Below are positions 10,213 to 21,338 of a DNA stretch of 64,000 nucleotides, in pieces (position 1 is the stretch's first letter; each line of letters begins with the position of its first letter). The position numbers and the translations under genes were made by a program. The stretch is from Candidatus Spongiisociaceae bacterium (GTDB lineage Bacteria; Actinomycetota; Acidimicrobiia; Spongiisociales; Spongiisociaceae). The stretch is from contig OZ253564.1 of the NCBI GenBank assembly GCA_965262915.1, positions 448,001 through 512,000 on the forward strand, in the 5' to 3' direction. Below the pieces are notes generated by a model, which did not search any database, had not been told where the DNA came from, and saw only the letters and a program-made list of their open reading frames with translations.

Positions 10213-11364
10213 TCAGCGAAGCAGCGCGATGCCGAGGAGCGGCACGATGATGAACATTCCCACCACATAAGCCACGGCTAGCAAACGCCGCTCAACTGCC
10301 ACGCCGGCGAGGGCTTCAGCCCCACGGATGGGGATCTCCCGAAGGGCGGTGATCGGGTAGAGCAGCAGGATCCCGCCTATGTTGAACAGCGTGTGGACCA
10401 GCGCGATGGTGAGTGCCTCGGGCCGACTCGTCGCCAGGGCCGCCAGCAATGCCGTGATGGTGGTACCGACATTGGCGCCAAGGGTGACCGGGTAAGCGTT
10501 ACGCAGCGACAGAACCCCAGCGGCTGACAACGGGATCAGCAACGACGTGGTGATACTCGATGACTGCACCGAGACCGTGATCAGCAACCCCACCAGGAGG
10601 GCCACCATGCCGCTGCCTTTGCCGAGAGCCCTGTTCAGGGTCCGCTCCACGCGGTCGGCCACAAGACGGCGCATGTTCTTGGTTACGAACGCGAGCGCTA
10701 CCAACACGGTCACGATCCCACAGACGACGAGCAGCGTGCCGAGCGTGTTGCCGTCTGCCCCGAGGCTGTTCCACAGTTCCTCGAGCCAGCCGACCGGTTT
10801 TTTCACCAGCGCCTTGATCGGACTCTTCCATTCGGTGCCGGCCGAACCGACCAAGGGGTCGCTGATTCGTTCGGCCAGGCCCGAAATGACACCGGTAGCC
10901 AACTCCAGCGGCAACAGGATTGCGACGATCGCAACGTTGAAGAAATCGTGGACTGTCGCCGCTGCGAAGGCCCGCCTGAACTCGACAGACCGCCTCAAAT
11001 GGCCGAGTGATACGAGCGTATTGGTCACCGTCGTGCCGATGTTGGCGCCCATGACCATAGGTATGGCATCGTCGAAACCCAGCACACCGGAGGCCACAAG
11101 GCCGACTATGACCGAGGTGCTGGCCGACGACGACTGCACCAGCACGGTTCCGAGAAGCCCTACGAAGAGCCCTGCGAGCGGGTTACTAACGCTGGAGAAG
11201 AGGCTCTCCTGGATGTCGGCGCCCAGGAGTTTGATGCCGGACTCGAGTGACGAGACGCCGACAAGGAACAGATAGATCAGACCCGCCACGAGCCCGGCTC
11301 TCACCAGCGGCGCCATCAAGCGATCATCCGCCAAGGGATCATCCGCCGTCGTCGAGATCCTCAT
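10213..11364 (-). CDS. Na+/phosphate cotransporter family protein (NptA-like)
   Basis: Two QSSS...GANI/VGTT repeats; hydrophobic helices. Confidence 0.88.
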   Translation of the reverse strand: MRISTTADDPLADDRLMAPLVRAGLVAGLIYLFLVGVSSLESGIKLLGADIQESLFSSVSNPLAGLFVGLLGTVLVQSSSASTSVIVGLVASGVLGFDDAIPMVMGANIGTTVTNTLVSLGHLRRSVEFRRAFAAATVHDFFNVAIVAILLPLELATGVISGLAERISDPLVGSAGTEWKSPIKALVKKPVGWLEELWNSLGADGNTLGTLLVVCGIVTVLVALAFVTKNMRRLVADRVERTLNRALGKGSGMVALLVGLLITVSVQSSSITTSLLIPLSAAGVLSLRNAYPVTLGANVGTTITALLAALATSRPEALTIALVHTLFNIGGILLLYPITALREIPIRGAEALAGVAVERRLLAVAYVVGMFIIVPLLGIALLR

Positions 11365-11554
11365 CTGGTCGGGATCGTCCTAGGGCGTCGCCGGTCTATT
11401 GTCTTCGGCTGTCTTGTCGGTGCCTCTTGGTCGGGCTGCGCGTAGACGGGCCCGCCCTCGACCCGGCCGGCCTCGGGGGACCCTTCTCTGCTCAAGCCCA
11501 CGGAACCGAGACCCCAATGTGGCTCGGCGTTAGGACCATCCGCACCGCCCGGTC

Positions 11555-11820
11555 GCGACACCTGCCCGGCTAGCCAGAGGTGCTCGGCGAGGCAGAGACA
11601 CCTTGTCACTTGGCCAAGCGTTCAAGTGCTCGGTCTCGCTGTAGCAGTTTGAGGGCCTGCGAAGCGAGCTCTTTGTCTGTCCTGACGCGGTCGGTGGTGG
11701 CGCGTAGCGAGTGCACGATGAGCTAGTTTAGGCTTTCGTCTTGAAGGCGGGCACTGCTCGGGTGTCGTCGGTCAACCCATCGGGGAGGCCTCACGGGTGT
11801 CTGGTTGACCACGACCGCAT
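11555..11820 (-). pseudogene. Decayed RHH-antitoxin / Doc-like toxin pair
   Basis: LIVHSLRATTDRVRTDKELASQALKLLQRDRALERLAK* overlaps (GTGA at 11606-11609) MTRCLCLAEHLWLAGQVS, which resembles a Fic/Doc toxin N-terminus. Both are degenerate. Confidence 0.4.
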
Positions 11821-11834
11821 GACATCGAAGTCGA

Positions 11835-12165
11835 GGGCGAAGAAGGATTCGGCTACGGCGTTATCGTAAGCGTCGCCATTCCGTCCCATAGACCCTCGAC
11901 GCCGGCCTGGTGGCAGCAGGTCCGGAACGCGGGGACGCATGAGACGGGCCACCCGTTTGTGGCCCACACAGACACCGTCGGCTGCCGGCTCGGCATGGAC
12001 GCGGGGCGCGCCATAGGTGCCCCGTGACCGGCTGTGGATGTCCACAATCCGGTCCCGGAGTGCCTGGTCAGCCCCCTCACAGGCTGATGGACGGCGGCCA
12101 AGCCATGCGTAGTAGCCGCTGGGGGAGACACCCAGAAGCTCACTCATGCGCCGTACCGAATGAGA
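11835..12165 (-). mobile_element. IS3-family OrfB remnant with internal deletions
   Basis: SVRRMSELLGVSPSGYYAW, RGTYGAPRVHAE, VGHKRVARLMR, SMGRNGDAYDNAVAESFFA. Confidence 0.82.
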
Positions 12166-12900
12166 GGCGATGGTGTAGTGCGGGGGGGCGTTGGATCTCG
12201 CGGCTTCGACCAGATCCTTCCTTCCCAGCACCAGGCCGGTGCATGCAGGCCCTGACAAGCCCTTGCCGCCGCTGAATACGGTCAGATCGACGCCCATGTC
12301 GTAGAAACGCGACAAGCCGCCGGGATGTGGCAGTTCGGCCGCAGCATCGACAATGGTCGGGACCCCGTGCCGCCGGGCGATGTCGACTCCTGCGCGGATG
12401 AGGTCCTCCCCGTCCTGCAGGTCAATGAAGAAGAGAGCAGCCGTCTGTTCGGTTACGGCGGCCTCGATCTCCCGGGGAGACAGAGCCTGAGGCGTGCCCA
12501 CCGGTCGCAGCACTGCACCGGTGTAGCGGATGCCCTGATGGATATAGCTCGGGCCGGCCGGCGGGCGGAGCACCACCTCGTTGGGCATCCCCTCCGCGTC
12601 CGGCAAGCGGGCAATCCTCCTCGCATCGGTCCCCGTCAGGCAGGCTGCCGTCGCCAGCACGACCCCGCCCGCGGCGCCGGAACTGACGTGGGCCGCCTCG
12701 ACTCTGGCCAGGCGGGCGATGTCCAGCCCAACCTTCTGGCTCAGTTCCACCAGATCGACAAAGGAACGCCCCGCCTCCATCATGGCCTCGAACACCTCCG
12801 GAGCCATGAGCGACCCCCAGATGTTGGTATTGTTCCCGGCCGCATTGATCAGCTTCTCGACCCGTAGCCGGTCATAGATATCCATCGAGGTGTTCTTCAA
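12166..12900 (-). pseudogene. SelA-like PLP enzyme (DgaE-like), C-terminus replaced in frame by IS3 sequence
   Basis: LINAAGNNT, SSGAAGG, IVDAAAE, FSGGKGLSGP (PLP lysine). Homology stops at about aa 245. Confidence 0.8.
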
Positions 12901-13136
12901 GACTTGCGTTCCCGCTTCGTTTCTGACAAACGTACTCCTCCCCTTCTCTAGTCAGATCGCCTACTGTGGCAAGGGCGCCACGGAGCCTCCTTGCAAACAT
13001 CAGCCCTCCAAGCCGACATCGCCTCCCAGTGGGCACCCCGGTCGTCCTCGGGCCATTTCATCCCGCCCAGGACCGAACCCTGCCAGCAACGAAGCGTTCT
13101 TCGAAGTGCTCGCGAGTTCCGATGTGGGTCTGACAG

Positions 13137-14417
13137 TCAACGATCACGTCGCGCCGATCTCCGACGCCCGGCGACTTGTTGGTGACCCTGGGCGTCGCTC
13201 CGAGGATCCGCTCGTGGGTCGATCTTTTCGAGTCGGGTGAGAGCGGCAATAGCGATGATGGGACCCACTGCAAGGATCAGGAAGGCATAGCGCCAGCCCC
13301 AAGCCTCGGCGAGTGCCGGCACCATGCCGATCGTGATAAGGGGGACGAGGAATCCCACGGCGAGCTGGAGCGTGAGAGCGGTACCTCGTTTCGTCTTGTC
13401 GGCCGCTTCGGTGGTCATGACCGAGAACAGCGGCGAGTCGGCCACGACGGAGAAACCCCACACGACGAACAGGAACGTGACGACTACTGGCTGAGCGCCG
13501 AACACCAACGGCGATAGCAAGGCGGCCCCACCGGATACGACCAAGGCCAGTCTTGCGATCCGGATTCGCCCGCATCGATCGGACCAGAGTCCGGCCAACC
13601 AGGCGCCCAATGCCCCGATAGCGACAGCGGCGAACGCTACGGGCAAGGTCCACGCCTCCGGGTAGCCGCCAGACCGGGCCGAGGCGGCCAGGAAGACTCC
13701 GATCCAGGTCCACAGCCCGAACAGCTCCCAGTTGTGGCCGAAATACGCCAGGCTGATCAGCCGTACTCTCCGATTGCCGAAGAGTTGGCGGAGGTCGTGC
13801 CACGAGAACCGGACCGGGGGCGGATCGTAGGGGCCGTCGCCAACGAGCACCACCATGATGAGCGCGCCGAGAGCAGCGAGTCCGGACGAGGCGAGTACAA
13901 CCTGTTCCCAGGCCAGGTCCATGCCGGCCACCAGGAACGGAGTTGCGGCGCCGACGGTGAGTGCACCGATGAGCACCCCGGCCGCCGATCCCAGAGTGTC
14001 CCGAAACCACCCAGCCACCGCTTTGATAGCAGTCGGGTAGCCGCCGGCGAGACCGACACCGGTCAGAAACCGAAGCACCACCGCCCACCGGTACTGTCCG
14101 GGACCTAGGAGGACGAGCGCCGCGTTGGCGGAGAGAGCAACGACGGTCGCGATCGCGAACATCGCCCGGGTCGGCAGGAGATCGGGCCACCCGGTGATGA
14201 TCAGACCCACCGACCCGACTACGAACCCGACCATAACGGCCATCGTCAGACCACCAACCTGAGCAGTACTGAGGCCCCACTCCGCCTCCAACCGGGGGCC
14301 GATGGCAGCCGCTGACAGCCACAGGCTGAACAGCAGAAGCAGGCTGATCGAAATGGCGGTCAGGGCCAGTCTCTGCTCGACACTGACCCTCCGGCCACCT
14401 TCAGCCTTCGAAACCAT
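13137..14417 (-). CDS. MFS transporter
   Basis: About 12 hydrophobic segments; LRFLTGVGLAG; GLWSDRCGR motif. Confidence 0.9.
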   Translation of the reverse strand: MVSKAEGGRRVSVEQRLALTAISISLLLLFSLWLSAAAIGPRLEAEWGLSTAQVGGLTMAVMVGFVVGSVGLIITGWPDLLPTRAMFAIATVVALSANAALVLLGPGQYRWAVVLRFLTGVGLAGGYPTAIKAVAGWFRDTLGSAAGVLIGALTVGAATPFLVAGMDLAWEQVVLASSGLAALGALIMVVLVGDGPYDPPPVRFSWHDLRQLFGNRRVRLISLAYFGHNWELFGLWTWIGVFLAASARSGGYPEAWTLPVAFAAVAIGALGAWLAGLWSDRCGRIRIARLALVVSGGAALLSPLVFGAQPVVVTFLFVVWGFSVVADSPLFSVMTTEAADKTKRGTALTLQLAVGFLVPLITIGMVPALAEAWGWRYAFLILAVGPIIAIAALTRLEKIDPRADPRSDAQGHQQVAGRRRSARRDR

Positions 14418-14524
14418 ACTTGCCGTCTACGCCGGACGCCTGAAGGCTGACACCGGTTCCCGGATCACGACGAGGTATCGGTTTCCATAGCCAACTCGAG
14501 GTACTCCCGCATCATTCGCACTCG

Positions 14525-15071
14525 TACACCTCGGCTAGCAATTATGGCGCAACGCTACTCCGCTGAAAGGCAGAGAAGACCAGGGGTCTCCCTGAGATCC
14601 CATTGATCCTCGGGAAGCACCGCGGCCGCCATTCCCTGCCGAACCCTGATAAGCCCCGAGCTCTCCAGTTGCTGGATGGCTTCGCGCATCACGGTCTTGC
14701 TGACACCGAACCGCTCCACCAGCTCATCGGCAGGCGGTGGGGATCTGTCATTGAGTATTACCTCTGAAACCACGTCCAGGGCAACAGCCGCGGCGACTGG
14801 ATCGCGCATCTTGGTACGTGGTACCGCCTCTATCGGCCGGGTACTCAGGCTCACAGCTGCCAATCTGGCACCTGGGTCATGTACCCTCCGTTGGCAGTGC
14901 CTGTCACAGCGTATCAGTCATATGATCGTCTACAGTAAGGTCATATTGTCTTAATGTCACCGTGTTGTGCAGGTTCCACTCAATCTCAAGTGGAGCCCGT
15001 TCTCCCATGTCCATTATGATGCAGACCTGGATCGTTTGCTTGAGGCGCCGGAGCAAGCCATGGTTGTCGTG
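14525..15071. repeat. 547-bp apparently identical direct repeat, copy 1 (partner 23468-24014)
   Basis: Constant offset of 8943 bp; identical ORF translations in both copies. Confidence 0.92.
14555..14863 (-). pseudogene. GntR/FadR-family regulator, HTH fragment (copy 1)
   Basis: PPPADELVERFGVSKTVMREAIQQLESSGLIRVRQG winged-HTH; effector domain frameshifted and lost. Confidence 0.8.
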
Positions 15072-15458
15072 AAACACAGGTCTGCGGCGTTCGTCAGGCC
15101 GGACCTCTCACTGGCAGGTGGCATCACCAACATCAGGAAGATCGCTGCCATTGCCGAAGCAAACTACGTCGGCGTCATCCCACACAATCCGCTCTCCTGT
15201 GTGCAGACCGCTGCCTGTGTGCAGATCGACGCCGCTATACACAACGCCCCGGTTCAAGAGTATCCGCCGGACGATGCCGGCGGAACAAAAGCGGATCTGG
15301 TTGACCAACCCCTGACACGCGAGGGGGGTTACCTGCTGCTGCCCGACAGGCCGGGTATCGGCATCGAACTCAACGAAGAGGCCTTCTCGAAGTATCCACC
15401 CGTGTCCTACAACCGCCCGGCTCTGATCAATCCGGACGGAAGCCTGCGGGATTACTAG
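15066..15458 (+). pseudogene. Galactonate dehydratase-like (mandelate racemase family) C-terminal fragment
   Basis: FVRPDLSLAGGITNIRKIAAIAEA, PHNPLS, LPDRPGIGIELNE, DGSLRDY. The N-terminal two-thirds are replaced by the 547-bp repeat. Confidence 0.8.
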
Positions 15459-16286
15459 GGCGTGTTCACCTAAAGTTACACTGATGTGATATCATTACGA
15501 TATGACAATAACACAAGAACAATACCAACTCATAGTAGACGTGTTCCCGAAACCCCGCGGTACCGTCAAGGTATCCAACCTCCAAGCCCTCAACGGCATC
15601 CTGTACGTACTGGAGCACGGCTGCAAGTGGCGGGCGCTTCCCGAACGGTTCGGGAACTGGCACACCGTTTACATGCGGATGAGCCGCTGGGCGGCCAGCG
15701 GCGTCTTGGACCGGGTGTTCCAGCGTCTACAGCAGGAACAGCTCATCGACCTCGAAGTTCTGGGCCTGGACAGCACGTCGGTCAAGGTTCATCCCGACGG
15801 CTGTGGTGCTCTCCGAAAGCGGGGTCCCCAGGCCATCGGTCGCTCCCGGGGAGGGTTGAACACCAAGATCCACATGGTCGCGGCCAGCGCTTGTAGCGCC
15901 GTCTTATTCGCTCTTTCCCCAGGTCAGGACCATGATGCTCCCCATGGGCGGGAGCTCCTCAAAAAGATGGGCCCACGAAAAAAGGAGCAGGAAGGGGAGC
16001 AGCTAGAGCTGTTCCTGGTAGCGGACCGCGCCTATGAAGGGGACGAAACACGGCAACTGGCCGTCGCTCTGGGCTACACGCCGGTCATCCCACCCCGAAG
16101 CAACCGCCGCCACCCGTGGGACTACAACCGTCCGATATACAAGCGACGGAACGAGGTCGAACGGCTCTTCCGACGGCTCAAAGGCTACCGGCGTGTCTTC
16201 ACCCGCTACGACAAACTCGACGTGATGTTCCTAGCATTCATCACCCTCGCGCTCATACACGACACGCTCAGAAACGTGAACACGCC
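15459..16286 (+). mobile_element. IS5-family insertion sequence
   Basis: Terminal inverted repeats GGCGTGTTCAC/GTGAACACGCC flanked by CTAG at 15455-15458 and 16287-16290. Confidence 0.92.
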
Positions 16287-16290
16287 CTAG
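15502..16290 (+). CDS. IS5-family transposase
   Basis: GCKWRALPERFGNWHTVY, LDSTSVKVH, GRSRGGLNTKIH, ADRAY, YKRRNEVERLFRRLK. Confidence 0.95.
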   Translation: MTITQEQYQLIVDVFPKPRGTVKVSNLQALNGILYVLEHGCKWRALPERFGNWHTVYMRMSRWAASGVLDRVFQRLQQEQLIDLEVLGLDSTSVKVHPDGCGALRKRGPQAIGRSRGGLNTKIHMVAASACSAVLFALSPGQDHDAPHGRELLKKMGPRKKEQEGEQLELFLVADRAYEGDETRQLAVALGYTPVIPPRSNRRHPWDYNRPIYKRRNEVERLFRRLKGYRRVFTRYDKLDVMFLAFITLALIHDTLRNVNTP

Positions 16291-16297
16291 TGGTCTA

Positions 16298-17557
16298 TTG
16301 AACGCCGCTGCTGAGTTCACCGTCAACGGTCGCCACTACCGGGTCCCGGCTCGTCCCGTCGTCGTCATCTGCATCGACGGCGGCGCGGACGAGTACCTCA
16401 GCGCCGCGATGTGTCGTGGGCGTGTGCCTCATATCACCGCGATGTCGGCACGAGGCTACCGCGGCTTGGTGCGGGCGGCCCTGCCGACCTTTACCAACGT
16501 CAACAATGCCGCCATCTGCACGGGTTTGCCACCATCGAAGACGGGTATCTGCGGCAACTTCTTCATCGATCCGGACACCGGCAAGGAGGTGATGACGAAT
16601 TCGACGAAGTATCTGCGGGCGCCAACGATTCTCGCCGCGGCGGCCGAAGCAGGTCGCCGGGTGGCGTTCGTCACTGCCAAGGACAAGCTGCGGGCGTTTC
16701 TGTCGGATGGTTTGCGCGGGATCGCGTTCTCTTCGGAGAAGGCCGACGAAGCGCGATTGCTCACGCACGGGATCGAAGATGTCGAGTCGCTAGTCGGCGA
16801 GTCCAAACCATCGATCTACTCGGGAGCGGCGAGCGTATTCGCACTGCGTGCGGGTGTCGCGATGATCGCCGACGGCAAGGCCGACTTCCTGTACCTGTCG
16901 TTGACAGACTACCTTCAGCACAAGTTCTCCCCCGAGGAAGAGCCGGTCGTGGAGTTCTACGAGCAACTCGATCACGAGATCGGGCGCATGCTCGAACTGG
17001 GCGCCGTCGTCGGCGTCACAGCCGATCACGGCATGAACGCCAAGCACGATGGCGCGGGCCAACCGCAGGTTCTCTACCTGGAGACCGAACTCGTGGCCCG
17101 ATTCGGAGACGGTATCCGTGTCGTCTGTCCGATTACGGATCCATACGTTGTTCATCACGGGGCCTTGGGTGGCGCAGTGACGGTCTATCTACCGAACGGG
17201 CTGGATCGTGCAGCGGTCGTCGCCTGGATTGCCGACCTCGACGGTGTGTCCGAGGTGTATCCGCGCGAGGTCGCGGCCCGCAAACTCGAACTCGATCCAG
17301 AGCGCATCGGCGACATCTACGTTCTTGCCACCCGCGACGTGGTACTCGGTCGCACGCCGGCGGACCACGACCTCATCGGATTGGATCGGCCTTTGCGTTC
17401 CCACGGCGCTCGCTACGAAGAGATGGTGCCGATGGTCGTCTCGGAGCCGTTGTCGGCCGAATACCGGATGAAGGCGCTTGGCGATCCGCGCAACTTCGAC
17501 ATCTTCGATTTCGTCTGCAACGGCACCGACACGGTGGAAAGGGTGAGTTTGACGTAA
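16298..17557 (+). CDS. phnA: Phosphonoacetate hydrolase
   Basis: FTVNGRHY..PVVVICIDG, PTFTNVNNAAICTG, TDYLQHK, TADHGMNAKH, ITDPYVVHHGALG, LRSHG. Confidence 0.9.
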   Translation: MNAAAEFTVNGRHYRVPARPVVVICIDGGADEYLSAAMCRGRVPHITAMSARGYRGLVRAALPTFTNVNNAAICTGLPPSKTGICGNFFIDPDTGKEVMTNSTKYLRAPTILAAAAEAGRRVAFVTAKDKLRAFLSDGLRGIAFSSEKADEARLLTHGIEDVESLVGESKPSIYSGAASVFALRAGVAMIADGKADFLYLSLTDYLQHKFSPEEEPVVEFYEQLDHEIGRMLELGAVVGVTADHGMNAKHDGAGQPQVLYLETELVARFGDGIRVVCPITDPYVVHHGALGGAVTVYLPNGLDRAAVVAWIADLDGVSEVYPREVAARKLELDPERIGDIYVLATRDVVLGRTPADHDLIGLDRPLRSHGARYEEMVPMVVSEPLSAEYRMKALGDPRNFDIFDFVCNGTDTVERVSLT

Positions 17558-17741
17558 CAACTTCAGCGTGCAAGCGCGTGGGCGCGGAGCGAAGCGATCC
17601 GCTCGCCGACTGCCGGATCACCCTGAAGCTCCCCGAGGAGTGTTGGATGCTGCTCAAGGAGCGGGAGAGAGCAATCCTGGCTGCTGTCCTTCTACCGGAG
17701 CTGTCTCGACGATTCTGATGAGCCGGGGGGCGCTTCATCTC

Positions 17742-18059
17742 TCAGGTTGAACGGAACCGGCCTGTTCCTCGAAGTGCCCGCCACAGCCCGTCGACCTCCG
17801 GTTCGGGGTCCTCAGCGAGACGTTCCAAAACGGCGGGCAGGGCCCAGCGGCTTTTGGCTACCCCCGTCCGCACACTCGGATGGGGATCCCCCACGAGGTG
17901 GGCAACCAGCCCGGGAGGTGTCCAATGTCCGGAAGTTATCTGGACACGATGACCCGGATCCTCGGCGAGACGGTCCCGCACCTCCGGTGGTATGTCTTGG
18001 CTGCCCGCGACCCATGCCCGCAACTCGGCGTCCGGGTCCCCGGCCATACGGGTCGCCAC
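17742..18059 (-). CDS. Short HEAT/LRV-repeat protein, probably a remnant
   Basis: Repeated (L)AxDPxxxVR units: MAGDPDAELR, LAEDPGHRVQ, LVGDPHPSVR, LAEDPEPEV. Confidence 0.45.
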   Translation of the reverse strand: MATRMAGDPDAELRAWVAGSQDIPPEVRDRLAEDPGHRVQITSGHWTPPGLVAHLVGDPHPSVRTGVAKSRWALPAVLERLAEDPEPEVDGLWRALRGTGRFRST

Positions 18060-18567
18060 ATCAGCAGCCGACGTAGCCGAATCGTCGCCTGCCCATACTG
18101 CTTACGAGCCTCGGCTAGCTTCTTGCGGAGCTCACCCAAATCGTCGAAAAACGCAATCCCGAACTCATTCCCTGTCCCAACAACTGGTTCCCGTACAGGC
18201 GCCATCACGCCCAGCGGATGTTCATAACTGAACTATGCGTACGAACCAGCTGTGACATCCCCTAGGTACCGTTCTGACTAACTGTTGCCCCAGGACAATA
18301 GCCCTTTCTATGGACTCGTGAACACTCCGGTGTTACTTAAGGTGTTCCTATTGGACTATGAAGGAGAACGAACGGGAGGCCATCATGGTACCCCGGGGGA
18401 GCCTACTGGGGGTTCGTGCCCCCCTTGTCTGCTGGTTGAGACAAGTCCTTGGGTTTCGTGGGCCCGCCCTCGATGGTGTATTTGCCTATTCAGAGATATT
18501 GGCAGAGCATCTCTAGTAACAGCCGACCGTTACCCCGATTATGGGCTCATCGATGCTCCTATGGTTG

Positions 18568-19799
18568 TCAAGTCGGTGATGGGGCCGGTTGGTGGGTTAG
18601 GAGCCAGGTCTGGTATTGGCTGGCGAGTTGGTGGTTGTGGTCTCGGCCGCGTTCGAGTGCGGAGATGCGGCTGGGGTGGGTTCCGAGCTGTTGGGCGGCC
18701 TGGGTGACGGTGATGTTGGCGTGTTGACGTCGGCGGCGGAGCCGGGCGCAGTTCGGGGTTGGTGGCGGGTTGGTCAGCAGTCGGTAGATCTGTGGGGCGA
18801 TGTGCCGCTTGAGGCAGCGGATGATCTCTTTTCGGTTCTTTGCTTCCCCCTGGCGCCGTGCCACGTATTGGTTGGTGGCTGCGTCGTGGCGTATCCGGGT
18901 GGTAGCGCATCGGCCAGAGCGCGTTGTTGGCTTGGCGGTTACCTCCCCGGTTGAGACGATGCCGGATGGTCTGTCCCGATGATGCCTGGACGGGGCTGGC
19001 GCCACACAGCGCGGCGAAGGACCGTTCTGATTTCATACGCTGGGGGTTGTCGCCGGCTGCGACTAGCAGGGCGGCTGCTGTGTCAGGGCCCACACCTTTG
19101 GCGGCTAACAGAGCCGGGTTAGCCTCGGCGCAGAGGCGACGGATCTCGATCTTGAGTTCTGCGATTTCTGTGTCGAGGGCTTGGTATCGGCGGGCCAGGT
19201 AGCGTAGAGCCATCTTCGGCGTACGCGGTCGTGGTCTGTGCTTGGCGGGGACGCCAGCGGGCACAGACCCGAACCCGGGCCTTGAGCTTGAGACCTCTGA
19301 GCTGGCGTTTTACCTGTTCAGGTGCAGTAACGGCCACAGAATGGATCTGGTTAGCGGCCTGGGTGCGGGCCTTGGTAGCGGAGCGGCGGGCCATCAACAA
19401 CATCCGTATGCACTCAACGGGGCCGTCACCAGATTTGGGAACTGCGGTAGCTTGCCCCGAGGCCGCTGCCCGAGCTGCCGCCTCGGCGTCGACGCTGTCG
19501 GTCTTGCCGCCCCGCTGGCGGCGTAGCTGCCGGTTCGGCCGGTTCACTTCTACCACCTCGATGCCCGCCGCCATCAGATAGCGGGCTAGGCCGGCGCCGT
19601 AGCTGCCGGTGCCCTCCACTCCTACCCGGAGCAGGTGCCCGTGGGTTCCGAACCACCTGGTCATCTGCTCATATCCGACCGGATCAGCCCCGAACGGAGC
19701 GGTTCCCAGCACTCGACCGGCGTTGTCGACCACCGCCGCAACATGGGTATCACGATGGGTATCAACCCCACCGAACACAACCCGACCATCTTCTTCCAT
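18568..19799 (-). pseudogene. IS110 DEDD recombinase with C-terminal XRE-type HTH, two frameshifts
   Basis: GGVDTHRDTH, VGVEGTGSYG, KTDSVDAEAAA; GVGPDTAA, SPVQASSG (catalytic Ser), RGGNRQAN; LRRRRQHANITVTQAAQQLGTHPSRISALERG. Frames change near 19215 and 18912. Confidence 0.88.
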
Positions 19800-19829
19800 G
19801 ACGCCTTCCTCCTCTGTGGGATAGAATCA

Positions 19830-20020
19830 CTTCCTAATCCTCGGACCCGGAAGGCGGTTGGACAGACCACTCACGGTGGAGAACTCGAAGGCTCCTATTA
19901 GGTCACATCCGCCCCGGGTCAGGGGGTTACGCCCTAGGCCGGGAACAGGCCGACAGATCGATGAAAAGGCACAAGGCCAGATTTCAGTTGGGTCAGACCC
20001 GTCCCAGCCCAGGAACCTTC
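19830..20020 (-). ncRNA. Predicted IS110 bridge RNA
   Basis: Two loops in the non-coding end carry segments matching the target flanks (19980-19988, 19959-19965) and the element's own ends (19891-19898, 19868-19874). Boundaries approximate. Confidence 0.75.
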
Positions 20021-20036
20021 TAAGTATGAGTGGATT

Positions 20037-21338
20037 TCAGTGGGGAGTGACGGTGGCGAGGAGGTCCCAGTTGGGTTTCCCCGCGTAGAGGAGTGCCCGG
20101 ATTCGGTAGTTCGCGAAGTTGGGTAACCCGAACGCGATGCGTTTGATCCGCTTTATGAGGTTGTTGAGGGCTTCGGTGGGTCCGTTGGTTACCTTCGAGA
20201 TGTGCCAGTTGGTGATCTGGGGGGTCCAGCGGGCGATGGTACGTCCGAGCTTGTTGATCTCGGGTGGGCAGGATTCGTCCTGGAGGTCGTCTGCGAGCTG
20301 GAGGGTGTATTGGAGAGCGAGGGCGGGGCTGTCGATCTTGTAGATGCCTCTCACGGTTTCCTTCGCGTGCCAGGCTGTGCGCACTTCGCCGTGGGGGTCA
20401 CCAGCGTCGAGGAGTCCGCGCAGGCGGGTTTGGCCGCGGTCGCTGATCTTGTCGTGGGCGGCGGTGAGGAGGCGCCGTATCCCATAGAGTGGGTCTCCTT
20501 TCCGGCCTCTGTGTCCGAGGGTTTCGTTTTGGACTCTTCTGCGTACTTCGTCGAGACGCTGGTTGGCGAGGCGGCTGACACCGAACGGGTCCGCTACCCC
20601 GGGGGCGTGGGGCAGCACCCTGTCATACGCCTTCCGATACGAACCGGACATGACCCGACACCGCCCAGCGGATAGCCTCACACCATTCGGTGGGCTGCGC
20701 CCGGAACCAGGCTGCGGCGCTTTCTGCCGTTCTACCAGGGACTATGTCGATCAGCTGGTGGCCCCCAACGTCGACGACAGAGGTGCACCAGACTTTGGTG
20801 CGCCACCGGCCTTTCCGCCAGAACAACGCTTCTTGTCGATGCCCACAGCTCCGACCTCGCCTATCCGATCGGTGTCGGCTTCCAACAGGGCTTCGCCCCA
20901 GCGGACGACCTCGTTGTTCACCGTATGCCAATCACAACCCAACTCCGCGGCGACCTCGTCGACCGAACGGCCCCGCCCACCCACCTGGACGGTCACCCAC
21001 CGCGCCGCTCGGGATGTCAACAACGCCCGTTCGGGACCAATCGTGGGGTCTTGTTCGATGAACGACCTGAGCGCACAGTCCGGATTCGGACACGTCCAGC
21101 GCCGTTTCCTCCACCGCAGCCGCACAGGCCGACTGAACGCCGGTAAATCCACCAACACCACACTCCGATAGCCCTTCGACCACACCGACCCGCCACATGC
21201 CACACACAACGGGCGGGCCTTGCGGGACCCGATCACCACCTCAAGAGGTGCACCCTCGCCCGGGTCGTTGATCCCCACCAGATCAACCTCACCTAGGCCT
21301 ACCAACTTCTCGCACATGCGCGTAGGATCAGCTTCCAC
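20037..21338 (-). pseudogene. ISL3 transposase, frameshifted (copy A)
   Basis: Homologous to the intact 26782-28116 ORF but split into 20751-21338 and 20037-20681. Confidence 0.9.

Larger units (their letters stand above)
18552..20031 (-). mobile_element. IS110-family element (~1480 bp) nested in the ISL3 terminal IR
   Basis: Splits the ISL3 end GGCTCATC|GGATTTCAGTGGGG, which is intact in copy B at 26769. Right end TTGACAACCATAGGAGCATC, left end ACTCATACTT; no TIRs or TSD. Confidence 0.92.
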
